Source: a candidate division FCPU426 bacterium (GTDB lineage: Bacteria; Oederibacteriota; Muellerivitia; Muellerivitales; Muellerivitaceae). Taken from it: 64,000 nt of DNA. Positions 38,845 through 49,034 of the stretch are shown here, piece after piece. The position numbers were made by a program, and so were the translations under genes. Below the pieces are notes generated by a model. That model saw only the letters and a list, made by a program, of their open reading frames with translations. It had not been told where the DNA came from and ran no database searches. Within the stretch, counting starts at the first letter, position 1; each line of letters opens with the position of its first letter. The stretch spans positions 1 through 64,000 of the forward strand of contig CAVYSE010000023.1 in assembly GCA_963771075.1 (NCBI GenBank), in the 5' to 3' direction.

Positions 38845-39693
38845 TTGGTTTGGTACAAAACACTCAAAAAAGCTATCACACAAACCCCGGTCGAGAACAA
38901 GGCCGTCCAGGTACCCGAAGGTCTTTACGCCAAGTGCAAGGGCTGTTCTGAAATTCTTTATAACCGGGACCTGGATAAGAACTTGCGGGTATGCCCGAAG
39001 TGCGGTTATCACTACCAGCTTTCGGCCCTCGAGCGGTTATACCTGACGTTGGATTCGGGAACCTTCCAGGAATTCGACGAGAAACTAACCTCCCTGAACC
39101 CCTTGGGGTTCCCTGAGTATGAGGCGAAGATCAAAAAGGGCCAGGACCGAACCAAAATGCTGGAGGGCGCGGTGACCGGATTGGGAAAGATCAACGGGCA
39201 AAACGTATCGATTGCCATCACCGATTTCCAGTTCATGGGTGGTAGCATGGGCAGCGTGGTGGGTGAAAAAATCACTCGGGCCGTGGAAAGAGCCATTTTG
39301 AGAAGGGTGGGTACGGTAATCATATCCTCTTCCGGGGGTGGGGCTCGGATGCAGGAGGGGATCCTTTCCTTGATGCAAATGGCCAAGATCTCAGCGGCCC
39401 TTTCCCGCTTAGGTGAGGCGGGACTGCCCTATATCTCGGTCCTGACCGATCCAACCGCTGGAGGCGTGGCCGCATCCTTCGGTATGCTGGGGGACGTCAA
39501 CTTGGCCGAACCCGGCGCCATGATCGGCTTCGCCGGTCCAAGGGTTATCGAGCAGACCATCCGGCAGAAACTTCCCAAGGGATTTCAACGCTCAGAGTTT
39601 CTGCTTGAGCATGGCTTTATTGACGTGATTGTCCCACGGCAGCAGGTGAAAGCAACGGTGGGTCAGTTCCTCAAATTCTTCCACCACAACTAA
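38845..39693 (+). CDS. accD: Acetyl-CoA carboxylase carboxyltransferase beta subunit
   Basis: Zn finger KCKGC..VCPKC, FMGGSMGSVVGEKI, GGARMQEG, GFAGPRVIEQT. Confidence 0.97.
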   Translation: MVWYKTLKKAITQTPVENKAVQVPEGLYAKCKGCSEILYNRDLDKNLRVCPKCGYHYQLSALERLYLTLDSGTFQEFDEKLTSLNPLGFPEYEAKIKKGQDRTKMLEGAVTGLGKINGQNVSIAITDFQFMGGSMGSVVGEKITRAVERAILRRVGTVIISSSGGGARMQEGILSLMQMAKISAALSRLGEAGLPYISVLTDPTAGGVAASFGMLGDVNLAEPGAMIGFAGPRVIEQTIRQKLPKGFQRSEFLLEHGFIDVIVPRQQVKATVGQFLKFFHHN

Positions 39694-39698
39694 AAACT

Positions 39699-40982
39699 TT
39701 GCGCCTCAATCTGGATTCCCTGGAACGCCTTGGTTGGCGTTTTGGTTTGGAAACCACCCAAGCCCTGCTAGAGGCATTAGGCAATCCCCACCTGGGCCTT
39801 CGTATCGTGCATGTTGCGGGAACCAACGGCAAAGGGTCCACAAGCGCCTTTACCGCTTCCATCCTTAGGGAAAACGGGTACAAAACAGGTCTTTATACAT
39901 CCCCCCACCTTTGGGACGTTCGGGAAAGGTTCCGAATCAACGGCGTTTGGATTCCCCAAGCTGATTTTCGACGGCACTCCGGAAGGGTACTGGCCGCTTG
40001 CGGATCAGTTCAAAAACGGATGGGGCATTTACCCACTCAATTTGAGGCCCTTACCGCGGTGGCCTTCTTGTGGTTCAAGGAACAAAGGGTTGATTGGTTA
40101 GTGCTGGAAGTGGGACTGGGAGGACGTTTGGACGCAACCAACGTCATACCGGCGCCCGAGGCGGCGCTCATTACGCCCGTGGGGTTGGAGCATCGGGAAA
40201 TTTTGGGCAACAGCCTTCGACAGATTGCCCAAGAAAAAGCCGGGATTCTCAAAGCGGGGGGGCTGGCCGCAACGATTCAATCCCAACCAGAGGCTTTGGA
40301 ATCGGTGCTGAATATTGCAAGGCAAAGGGGTGTCGGTCTTTGGGTGGGAGGCAGGGATTTTCAATACCGCCGGGAGGGAAACCAATTCCACTGGGAAGGA
40401 CCCGGTCTCCACCGGTCCTTTCAGCTTCCCAGGTCTCCCGAGTTTCAAACCATGAACGCGGCTTTGGCCGTCGCGGGAGTGCAGATACTCCAAACCAGTG
40501 GAGCGAAGTTATCGGACGACAAGATTCAAAGGGGCCTCTCCGATATGCGTTGGCCGGGTCGGTTGGAACGGCTTCAAGCCGATCCATTGACGCTCTTAGA
40601 TGGGGCCCATAACCCGGAAGCGGCCAAGGCCCTTGCGTCGGCATTGAAAAGAGCCTATCCCCATCGAAAGATGATCCTCCTGAACGGATTTTTGAAGGAT
40701 AAAGACTATGCTTCTTGCGCGATGATCCTGGCCCCCCATACCCAATTGGCGGTGGTTTCAACCCCTCCCAGCGATCGTGCGGCGGAAGGACAAACGATCG
40801 TGAAAGGTTGGGAAGCGGCCGGGGTTCGTGCTCTTTGGGTCAACGATTGGAAACATGCGCTCGCGTTGTCGCGATCGCTCGCAAGACAAAAAAAGTGTCC
40901 CCTTTTGATCATGGGATCACTCTACCTGGGTGGGGCATGCCGCCATGAAATAATTGGAAACCGGGGGTTGGCTCGGATATAA
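39699..40982 (+). CDS. folC: Folylpolyglutamate synthase/dihydrofolate synthase
   Basis: HVAGTNGKGST, YTSPHL, EVGLGGRLDATN, WPGRLE, DGAHNP. Confidence 0.95.
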   Translation: MRLNLDSLERLGWRFGLETTQALLEALGNPHLGLRIVHVAGTNGKGSTSAFTASILRENGYKTGLYTSPHLWDVRERFRINGVWIPQADFRRHSGRVLAACGSVQKRMGHLPTQFEALTAVAFLWFKEQRVDWLVLEVGLGGRLDATNVIPAPEAALITPVGLEHREILGNSLRQIAQEKAGILKAGGLAATIQSQPEALESVLNIARQRGVGLWVGGRDFQYRREGNQFHWEGPGLHRSFQLPRSPEFQTMNAALAVAGVQILQTSGAKLSDDKIQRGLSDMRWPGRLERLQADPLTLLDGAHNPEAAKALASALKRAYPHRKMILLNGFLKDKDYASCAMILAPHTQLAVVSTPPSDRAAEGQTIVKGWEAAGVRALWVNDWKHALALSRSLARQKKCPLLIMGSLYLGGACRHEIIGNRGLARI

Positions 40983-41039
40983 ACCAATTGGTCTACTTTG
41001 TTATACTTGCAGGACATGCAGTTTGAAGGAGGACCCCGG

Positions 41040-41747
41040 TTGGCCAAATCAATGAAATCCCCCACCCTTTCCATCATCGTGCCGGTTTTCAACGAGGCAA
41101 AAACACTCCTGGCACTCCTGGATAAGGTTCAAGCGGTCAAGTTGAGGGGCCTGAAAAAACAGATCCTGGTGGTTGACGATGGTTCAGCGGATGGAACCAG
41201 GGATGTACTTAAAAAACTTCGAAAAAGCAGCATTGAGATTTATTTTCACGAAAAAAACCGTGGTAAAGGGGCGGCCATCCGAACGGCCATTCCCCATACC
41301 AAAGGGGATTACGTGGTGGTCCAAGATGCCGACCTGGAATATGATCCGGCGGATTATGAAAAACTTCTCGGACCTCTTCTGGAAGGGAAGGCGGATGTGG
41401 TTTATGGTTCACGGTTCATGGGTACCCATCAAGCCTTTGTTTTCTCCCATTACCTGGGGAATATTTTCTTAAGCTTTGTGACGACCCTTTTATATGGGAC
41501 TGTTTTGACCGATATGGAGACTTGTTACAAGGTTTTTAAGGGGGACATTCTGCGCGGGTTGACCCTTCGTTCCAATCGTTTTGAGTTCGAACCAGAGGTC
41601 ACCGCAAAGATTCTTAAAAAGAATTTCAAGATCTACGAGATGCCAATCTCCTACCACGGCCGAGGATTTTCGGAAGGGAAGAAGATTACTTGGAGGGACG
41701 GAATCACGGCTCTTTGGTGCCTGATTCGTTACCGGATATCGGATTAG
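41040..41747 (+). CDS. GT2 polyprenol-phosphate glycosyltransferase (DPM1-like); probable TTG start
   Basis: SIIVPVFNE, VDDGSADGT, NRGKGAA, QDADLEYDP, GSRF, DMETCYK; RBS AAGGAGG. Confidence 0.88.
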   Translation: MAKSMKSPTLSIIVPVFNEAKTLLALLDKVQAVKLRGLKKQILVVDDGSADGTRDVLKKLRKSSIEIYFHEKNRGKGAAIRTAIPHTKGDYVVVQDADLEYDPADYEKLLGPLLEGKADVVYGSRFMGTHQAFVFSHYLGNIFLSFVTTLLYGTVLTDMETCYKVFKGDILRGLTLRSNRFEFEPEVTAKILKKNFKIYEMPISYHGRGFSEGKKITWRDGITALWCLIRYRISD

Positions 41748-41793
41748 AAACACCGTTCAACAAAGTTCAAATATTCAATCCGGAAAACAAAAA

Positions 41794-43371
41794 ATGAACC
41801 GTCCGCCTTTGGCTGACCCAATCCGAAGCGTTCCCTTTAAAATCACTCTGGCTTTGTTGAGGCTGTTGCGCATACTAGCGGCTGTTGATTTTTTGGCTTT
41901 GATGCTTACTGGCGGCTATAAGATTCCCTTCACTCCCTTGCGGTCCCTTTACCCTTGTACTTCCCTATTTCTTATTCTTCTCACGACCCTTTTCATCCAT
42001 TGGGCGGGGGGGGATATGACTCCGGGAAAAAAGGATTGGCTGGGAACCGACGGAAGGATTCTCATCATCATTTGGATGGTGTTTTTGGGCAATTTCCGTT
42101 GGAGGGGAAGCGGTGATGTGGTGGCCGCTAGCCTACAGCCCTTCGCCCTTTTGGAGCACGGGCATTTGTACCTTGATGAATATTTCACGATACCGATTGA
42201 TGGGGATGTGAGCGGAGTTTACCGCCGGGGAGGCCACATCCTCTCCAAGTATTCCAGCGCCGCGGGTCTTTGTCTGGTGCCCTTTGACCTGATCCCCGGC
42301 CTGGCGGGAGTCGTCCCAACGGATCTTTTTCTGCACCAAACCCAGAAGATTGGCGCCTCCTTCATGGTGCTTCTTTCTGTTTTTTTTCTTTTGAAAACCC
42401 TGTTCCTTTTTCTTCCCCGCCGGGAAGCCTGGTTTCTGGCCCTCGCCTATTCCTTTGGCACATCGGCTTTGAGCCTCACCAGTCAGGCTATCTGGCAGCA
42501 TGGGCCGGGACAATTGGCCCTCAGCCTTGGCTTGTGGGCTGTGCTGAAAGGCGTGGAAGCTGGAGAAAAAGAGGGGAAGAACTCCCCCGCCCAGTATTTT
42601 GCCATTGGCGGGTTTGCCTTTGCCATGGCGGCCTGGTGCCGATATACCGACATCCTTTTTTTCCCCGCGCCATTGGCCTACATGGTCTTTAAGAAACGCC
42701 GCGGCCTCATCCCTTTTCTTCTCGGTGCCGTCCTGCCCTTCGCGGCCTTGGCGGCAGACAATACATTTCATTCCGGCATTCCTTGGCAGACGGGTTACCC
42801 CGGAAGGGAAACCGAATTCACACGCCACTGGTGGAGGGGTTGGCGGGGATTCTTTTTAGCCCCGCGCGGGGGCTTTTTTTATATTCCCCTTTTCTGGTTT
42901 TACGCTTTCTACGGATTTTACCGCAAATGGAGAAGTAACAACGATGCGTTTCTCTTTAGGGCTCTTATCGATTTCAGCCTTCGCGCTTATTATTCTTATT
43001 TCAAAGTACATTCAATGGTCTGGAGGATTTTGCTTCGGCCCCCGTTATTTGGCGGACATGGACCCGATCCTTGTTTTTGCCTGCGTTCCGGCGGTGTCGC
43101 TGTTGAAATGCGGGGATGGGGGGAGTTCTTCTGCCTGAACGTTGTATTTTCCTTCCTTATCCATTGGATGGGCGCTTACTTGACATGGAAATGGGAAAAT
43201 GAACCTTTATGGTCCCCCTTCCACCATCCCGTTCTATATCTTTTGATAGGAGGGGAAAGCCTGGACGCTGGTACTCGAATTCTATTAACGTCTTCAACCG
43301 CTCTCGTGCTGGGGCTGGCGGGATGGTTTGCCCTGCGTTGGGCCCGGAGTTTCAGGATTCAAACTGCCTGA
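41794..43371 (+). CDS. Polytopic membrane protein, probable GT-C glycosyltransferase; internal compensating frameshifts (~42840-43110)
   Basis: SGD motif, SQAIWQHG, many TMs; WSGGFCFGPRYL motif found in alternative frame 42944-43138. Confidence 0.65.
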   Translation: MNRPPLADPIRSVPFKITLALLRLLRILAAVDFLALMLTGGYKIPFTPLRSLYPCTSLFLILLTTLFIHWAGGDMTPGKKDWLGTDGRILIIIWMVFLGNFRWRGSGDVVAASLQPFALLEHGHLYLDEYFTIPIDGDVSGVYRRGGHILSKYSSAAGLCLVPFDLIPGLAGVVPTDLFLHQTQKIGASFMVLLSVFFLLKTLFLFLPRREAWFLALAYSFGTSALSLTSQAIWQHGPGQLALSLGLWAVLKGVEAGEKEGKNSPAQYFAIGGFAFAMAAWCRYTDILFFPAPLAYMVFKKRRGLIPFLLGAVLPFAALAADNTFHSGIPWQTGYPGRETEFTRHWWRGWRGFFLAPRGGFFYIPLFWFYAFYGFYRKWRSNNDAFLFRALIDFSLRAYYSYFKVHSMVWRILLRPPLFGGHGPDPCFCLRSGGVAVEMRGWGEFFCLNVVFSFLIHWMGAYLTWKWENEPLWSPFHHPVLYLLIGGESLDAGTRILLTSSTALVLGLAGWFALRWARSFRIQTA

Positions 43372-43397
43372 TAAATTATTTATTGATTTTTCCCCAA

Positions 43398-44576
43398 TCA
43401 AGTATTTGTGTGTTGGATAAGTTTTTCTTTATTCCAAAGCCCCAGTTGAAGCCCTATAAGGGCAAATTGAAGGTACATGAACTGCTGGGCAAAGGTGAAC
43501 TCGGTCAGACCCCATGCAAGAGCCGCTATAAAACAACAGGTCATCGTCCAATTCAGGTTCTGCTCGTTCAGGTCTTTACCTTTAAAACGGATGGCGTTTA
43601 AAAAAAAACAAAAAATCCAACCCAGGTAAACAGTTAAACCTTGCCAGCCGTTTTGGACCGTGATTTGAAGGAAGTTGTTGTGCAAATGAGGTTCGGTCAC
43701 TTCTACCAGCCCTTTCGGATGGTATCGGGGAAAGATCACGCCGATATTACCCTGGCCTATTCCCCAGGGATAATCCCGGATGATACGCAAACCCGAATCC
43801 CAGATCAGGATGCGGGTTTGGTCGCTGTAGTCCACCTCGTGTTTTTCGTCAAAGTGGGTTTCCACGCGGGTAATGCTTTTGATCTTGTCCTGTAGATAAA
43901 CCGGCATGAAGAAGTAACCCACAATGCCGGCCATCAACCCCGCAAGAAGCCACTTTCGGTTGAGGCGGCCGCCTAAGATCAAAAAACCGGCTGCCAGCCC
44001 AACCCATGCCCCGCGGGTTTCAGTTAAAAGAAGCGCTGCGAGGTTGAGCACTACCCCTGCCCAGAGGGGTAGATTCTTAGGTTGCAGCATGAGGAAGCCC
44101 AATTGAAGGATAAGGGCAGTCATGAGCAGGCCACCGAAGACGATTTTGTCGCCGGAGAATGAATCGATTCGATCCTGATGCAACCAATAATGTTTCCCGA
44201 TTCCGCAAACCGCGCAAAAGACGGTTCCCCAGATGAAAAAAGCCAGAATTTTGCGGATTTCCACCGCCGCCAGACCCATGGATCCGACAAAAAGGATTAG
44301 GAGAATAGTCAGGTAACGGTGAACGGTTTCAAAGCTATTGGCCTGATTGACGCCGAGCAAGGCACCTAGGTAAAAAGTGAAGACCCATAAAAGTGTAAGG
44401 ACCAGAAATGGATCCCAGCGGATAGGGGTGTGGGATGGGTCCCGGAAATAAAGCCAAAGGATCCAAAGTGCCGGGAGCCAGACCAGGTTTTGTAGCGCGA
44501 TGGAAGCTGTGGAAACGAAGAAGAAAAACGCCAAGGAAAAGAAAAAGAACCGGCGGGAGGTTGGAGGAATATTCAT
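43398..44576 (-). CDS. O-antigen ligase (WaaL/Wzy_C) family protein
   Basis: LTETRGAW, R..IW..GL.II.D.PWGIG.G, HLHNNFLQ. Confidence 0.85.
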   Translation of the reverse strand: MNIPPTSRRFFFFSLAFFFFVSTASIALQNLVWLPALWILWLYFRDPSHTPIRWDPFLVLTLLWVFTFYLGALLGVNQANSFETVHRYLTILLILFVGSMGLAAVEIRKILAFFIWGTVFCAVCGIGKHYWLHQDRIDSFSGDKIVFGGLLMTALILQLGFLMLQPKNLPLWAGVVLNLAALLLTETRGAWVGLAAGFLILGGRLNRKWLLAGLMAGIVGYFFMPVYLQDKIKSITRVETHFDEKHEVDYSDQTRILIWDSGLRIIRDYPWGIGQGNIGVIFPRYHPKGLVEVTEPHLHNNFLQITVQNGWQGLTVYLGWIFCFFLNAIRFKGKDLNEQNLNWTMTCCFIAALAWGLTEFTFAQQFMYLQFALIGLQLGLWNKEKLIQHTNT

Positions 44577-44585
44577 GGGATTAAA

Positions 44586-46124
44586 TTATAAACGCTTTTG
44601 GGAAGTGCAAAAAGAGGATGGGGTTGTCCCTCGAAGCGGGATCAAACGGTAAAGAATCAGGATGGATTTATCCGGCAGGTCATAGCGCGCGACCAAGCTG
44701 TAACCGGCTGGGGCAGGCCCGATGAAATCCTTGCGTTGGGCGACAAAAGAAGCGTTTTCGTTTTCCGTTTTTAATAAAGAAACCCCATATTTCAAGGCGT
44801 AGTAGGTAAATCCCCAGCCGTTAAAAAACATGGTATCCAGGCAATCAGTCCTTAAGTTCCTTTCCTTTTCCGGAAAACGCGAAATGACCTGGAAGAGTTC
44901 CTCCTGGTGCCATTGTTCATGGGTGGGAGGACTCGCAGTGGTATAAACGGATTGGGCGAAAACCTTAACGGGACCCCAGCTTATTTCTTGGGGAAGGAAG
45001 CTAAATCCGAAACTCATGACCCAGAAGGATAAGACGCAATAAGAGACGATCCCGGTCCGCGCCAAAGACTTCAACCAAGGGGTTTTAATCAGTGAAACCC
45101 AATAAACGGAAATTATCGAAACTCCCACCATCATAGGCATGATGTATCTCACATCCCTGTGAGATGGCAATAAAAATACATAATTCCCAATAATCAAAAG
45201 TAGGGGAAGACGATTCGCCTTATGCCGTCGTGAAAAGCCGATGACTAGGCCGAGAACAAATAAAGCGGTTGGGCAAAGGTACGTCTGGATGGTTTCAAAC
45301 ATGACAGGATAGCACAGGAGGTTAGGGATGCTATACCAAGGGCCGACCAGGGTGATGGAAGAATTGCCCGACAGATCATTTATTAGCATTCGCGGGTGAT
45401 TACCGTACCAGAGTAGGGTGACGCAAAAAGCTATAAGGGCCGACCGAAAGACGTTCCAGAGAATCGTGGACCTTACGGGCCCTTTAACACCTCTGGCGAT
45501 CCAAATTTCGTGGGCCAAGGGCAACATCATGCAATGGATGAAGGTCCATTTGGTGAGCATCCCGAGACCGAAGATGAGGCCAAAGATCATCGACTTCCGA
45601 TAATCCGTGAAATGTCTCGTCCTAATCAGAGCATACAAGCTCCACGCCACCATGGCTGAAAGCTCGACATCAAGTTGGTATTCCTTGAATTGGGAAACGA
45701 ACATGGGTAGAGAAAGTACGAAAATCGCGGATAACAGGCCGGTTGAGCGATTCCAGAGATCTATGCCGATCCCGTAAATCGAGAAAGCCAGTATGGCAAT
45801 AAAGACCACGTTGCTCATGATTGCGACCGTCATGGAGGTTCCGAAAAGAAGATAGAAGGGAAGTGTGGTCCAATACCGGAAGGGGGGATAAAAGTAATAA
45901 TTCGTCCATAAGTGATAAAAGGTTCTCGGCTGCAACTCGTGAAGATACAAGAGACTTGTCCATAGGTGACGGGCCTCATCCCAATGGGGCGGTCTCGTCT
46001 CCGCTGTAACATAAAAATAATTCAATACGCTTACTAATCCGATCAAGAGCGCGAGTAGAAAGACGTCCCTGGACGGCCAGCGGGGTGAATCAGAAAGGGT
46101 CAGGTTGGAGCCGTAATTTTCCAA
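44586..46124 (-). CDS. ArnT/PMT-like GT-C glycosyltransferase
   Basis: PPHWDEARH, YPPF, GLGMLTKW, RYIMP motifs with multiple TMs. Confidence 0.8.
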   Translation of the reverse strand: MENYGSNLTLSDSPRWPSRDVFLLALLIGLVSVLNYFYVTAETRPPHWDEARHLWTSLLYLHELQPRTFYHLWTNYYFYPPFRYWTTLPFYLLFGTSMTVAIMSNVVFIAILAFSIYGIGIDLWNRSTGLLSAIFVLSLPMFVSQFKEYQLDVELSAMVAWSLYALIRTRHFTDYRKSMIFGLIFGLGMLTKWTFIHCMMLPLAHEIWIARGVKGPVRSTILWNVFRSALIAFCVTLLWYGNHPRMLINDLSGNSSITLVGPWYSIPNLLCYPVMFETIQTYLCPTALFVLGLVIGFSRRHKANRLPLLLIIGNYVFLLPSHRDVRYIMPMMVGVSIISVYWVSLIKTPWLKSLARTGIVSYCVLSFWVMSFGFSFLPQEISWGPVKVFAQSVYTTASPPTHEQWHQEELFQVISRFPEKERNLRTDCLDTMFFNGWGFTYYALKYGVSLLKTENENASFVAQRKDFIGPAPAGYSLVARYDLPDKSILILYRLIPLRGTTPSSFCTSQKRL

Positions 46125-46297
46125 GATTGAATACCTTCAATTATTTTTGGCGGACAAGCCGTGCGTGCTTGATTCGCGATTTGAAAGGGAAAAAGGCATG
46201 TTCTTCCATGATTAGATCACTTGTCGGGAAGGATTGCGTTAAGGATTATAAGGCTAATCGAATTAGGTCCGAATGATCCTGTTGATCAGATTGTTCG

Positions 46298-46326
46298 TTG
46301 ACAGCCCCTGTGGTGAATGTTTAAAT
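46298..46326 (+). promoter_or_regulatory. sigma70-type promoter for the sugar ABC ATPase gene
   Basis: TTGACA-17bp-TTAAAT with TG extended -10. Confidence 0.55.
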
Positions 46327-46491
46327 ACTCAAGGTTTTTCAGGGTTTTCGGAGGAACTTTGGGCCGAAACCCATGCTGGTTCTGAAGCGTTCCCGTTCGA
46401 CGGCTCCCCTTTTTCATATCCATCAGGGGGGCGCGCAGCCCCTGGAAACAGGAGTCTCGAGGCGATTCGGTCCCTATCTTTGGAGGAAATC

Positions 46492-47598
46492 ATGGCGAAG
46501 GTCGTCCTAAAGAACGTGAATAAGGTTTACGGCAACAACGTGGTGGCCGTGAATAACGTCAATATCGAGATCGCGGACAAGGAATTCTTGATTCTGGTGG
46601 GCCCCTCGGGCTGTGGCAAATCGACAACCCTTCGCATGGTCGCTGGTCTTGAAGAACTCTCTGGGGGTGAGATTCGCATTGATGATGTGCTGGTCAACGA
46701 CGTTCCTCCCAAGGACCGGGACATTGCCATGGTTTTCCAAAACTACGCCCTTTACCCCCATATGACGGTGTTCGACAACATGGCGTTCGGCCTGAAACTG
46801 CGGAAATACCCTAAGGAAGAGATTAAGCAAAGGGTTTACGAGGCCGCTAATATATTGGGTATTCAAGAGCTTCTGGCCCGTCGCCCCAAGGAACTATCCG
46901 GCGGTCAGCGCCAGCGCGTTGCGGTGGGCCGGGCCATAGTGCGCAAACCGAAGGTGTTCCTGTTCGACGAGCCCCTCTCCAACTTGGACGCCAAACTTCG
47001 AGTGCAGATGCGCGCTGAAATATCAAAGCTTCACACCCGCCTTCAGGCCACGATGATTTACGTGACCCACGACCAGTTGGAAGCCATGACGATGGGCGAC
47101 CGCATCGCGGTTATGAAGGATGGGTTCGTCCAGCAGATTGCCGATCCCCTGACCCTTTACGAGAAGCCCGTCAACAAGTTCGTGGCCGGCTTCATCGGCA
47201 CCCCCGCCATGAACTTTATGGAAGGGACCCTCAACAAAAAACGCACTGGAATTTATTTCAATGAGGAAAATTTCGAGATCAAGTTACCCGACCAATTCGC
47301 GCCCCAAGTGGAAAGCCACGTGGGCCGGGACGTCATTTTAGGAGTGCGGCCTGAGGATATCCACGACAAGATGGATGCCGCCAACGCTTCTCCCGACAAC
47401 ACGATTAGCGCGACAGTTGAAATCATCGAACCTCTCGGCGCGGAGGCCTATTTGTACCTGACCACGGGCAAAAGTCCATTTATCGCCCGTGTTTCCAGCC
47501 ACGATCAAATCGAGATCAACCAGGATATCGAGCTGGTCTTTAACATGCAAAAATCGCACATCTTCGACAAAGAAACGGAGAAGTGCCTGACCACCTAA
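46492..47598 (+). CDS. Stand-alone MalK/MsmX/UgpC-type carbohydrate ABC ATPase
   Basis: GPSGCGKST, MVFQNYALYPHM, LSGGQRQRVA, DEPLSNLDAKLR, TOBE domain; RBS GGAGG. Confidence 0.95.
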   Translation: MAKVVLKNVNKVYGNNVVAVNNVNIEIADKEFLILVGPSGCGKSTTLRMVAGLEELSGGEIRIDDVLVNDVPPKDRDIAMVFQNYALYPHMTVFDNMAFGLKLRKYPKEEIKQRVYEAANILGIQELLARRPKELSGGQRQRVAVGRAIVRKPKVFLFDEPLSNLDAKLRVQMRAEISKLHTRLQATMIYVTHDQLEAMTMGDRIAVMKDGFVQQIADPLTLYEKPVNKFVAGFIGTPAMNFMEGTLNKKRTGIYFNEENFEIKLPDQFAPQVESHVGRDVILGVRPEDIHDKMDAANASPDNTISATVEIIEPLGAEAYLYLTTGKSPFIARVSSHDQIEINQDIELVFNMQKSHIFDKETEKCLTT

Positions 47599-47624
47599 GC
47601 CTTCGGGGAGTTGGATTCTTATTG

Positions 47625-47655
47625 AAAACCGGAGCGGGTAACCGCTCCGGTTTTT
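47625..47655. terminator. Rho-independent terminator
   Basis: aaaaccggagcgg-gtaa-ccgctccggttttt. Confidence 0.9.
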
Positions 47656-47705
47656 GAGTTTATAATGGGGTCTTCAACCTTCTTTTACCTCGTGAGGGAG
47701 TATTT

Positions 47706-49013
47706 ATGCGGATCGCGGTGGTAGGTACGGGATATGTGGGTTTGGTGACGGGTTCCTGTTTCGCGGACCTGGGCAACCAAGTCATTTGCGTGGACGTGGA
47801 CCGCAAAAAGATCAAGGGCCTGCAAAAGGGCGTGGTCCCGATTTTTGAACCGGGTTTGGAAGAAGTTGTCCATCGAAATATGGGCAACCGCCTTACCTTT
47901 ACAACCGACTTGGCCAAGTCGGTCCGGGAATCCGACTTCATTTTCATCGCGGTCAGTACTCCCCCGGGCAAGGACGGGGAGGCGGATATCACCAATGTAA
48001 AGGCGGTAGCCCGTGGAATCGCCAAGGCCATCAATCGATACAAAATCATCATCAATAAAAGCACTGTTCCCATCGGCATGGGAGATGTGGTCACCCAGAT
48101 CATCATCAAGAACGGCCCTAAGGACGTTGCTTTTGACGTGGTTTCAAATCCTGAGTTTCTAAGGGAAGGTTCGGCGGTCATGGACCTTTTGCACCCCGAC
48201 CGGGTGGTCATCGGAGCCACCCGCCGATCGGCGGCCCAGAAGGTTGCGGAAATCTACAAACCCCTCAATAGCCCCGTTCTTATTACTGACCTGAAAAGCG
48301 CGGAGATGATCAAGTACGCCTCTAACGCTTTCTTGGCCACGAAGATCTCCTTTATCAACGAGATCGCTAATCTTTGCGACGCAGTGGGAGCGGATATCGG
48401 ACAGGTGGCCAAGGGAATGTCATATGACCCGCGTATCGGCGGCCAGTTCCTGAATGCCGGGTTGGGTTTCGGCGGGAGTTGCTTCCCGAAAGACGTATCC
48501 GCCCTTATCAAGATTGGTCAGAAGAGCCGGGCAGCTTTTCGGATCCTGCCCCAGGTAATGGATGTGAACCAAAACCAAAGATCCCTGTTCCTTCAAAAAA
48601 TTCGCCAAGTGTTGGGCCCCGTGAAAGGCAAAACTCTCGCGGTATGGGGCCTTTCGTTCAAGCCCAATACCGATGATATGCGCGAGGCCCCATCCCTGAC
48701 GATCATCCCCGCCCTCCTAAAGGCCAAGGCCAGCCTGAGACTATATGATCCCGTGGCAATGGAGAGGGCGAGGGACCATTTCAAGGGCGTAAGATTCGTC
48801 AAAAACCCCTATGAGGCCGCCCAAGGCGCCGACGCTGTGCTTGTTCTCACGGAATGGAATGAGTTCAAACAGGTGGATTTCAAGAAGCTTCGGGGGATCA
48901 TGCGACGGGCGGTGGTCATCGATGGGCGTAACATGTACGGCAGCGAGGAATTGACCGAAGAGGGATTCGCCTATTACGGCATGGGCCGGGGCGAGGTACT
49001 GGATTTCGGCTGA
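47706..49013 (+). CDS. ugd: UDP-glucose 6-dehydrogenase
   Basis: GTGYVGL, KSTVP, NPEFLREG, GFGGSCFPKD, FKPNTDDMRE. Confidence 0.94.
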   Translation: MRIAVVGTGYVGLVTGSCFADLGNQVICVDVDRKKIKGLQKGVVPIFEPGLEEVVHRNMGNRLTFTTDLAKSVRESDFIFIAVSTPPGKDGEADITNVKAVARGIAKAINRYKIIINKSTVPIGMGDVVTQIIIKNGPKDVAFDVVSNPEFLREGSAVMDLLHPDRVVIGATRRSAAQKVAEIYKPLNSPVLITDLKSAEMIKYASNAFLATKISFINEIANLCDAVGADIGQVAKGMSYDPRIGGQFLNAGLGFGGSCFPKDVSALIKIGQKSRAAFRILPQVMDVNQNQRSLFLQKIRQVLGPVKGKTLAVWGLSFKPNTDDMREAPSLTIIPALLKAKASLRLYDPVAMERARDHFKGVRFVKNPYEAAQGADAVLVLTEWNEFKQVDFKKLRGIMRRAVVIDGRNMYGSEELTEEGFAYYGMGRGEVLDFG

Positions 49014-49034
49014 TACCCGAGAGAAAGGCGTTCA

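Noticed and set aside
46273..46491. 73-aa N-terminal extension of the sugar ABC ATPase
   Set aside because: Overlaps the predicted promoter and leader; ATG 46492 has a GGAGG RBS and matches the normal family start
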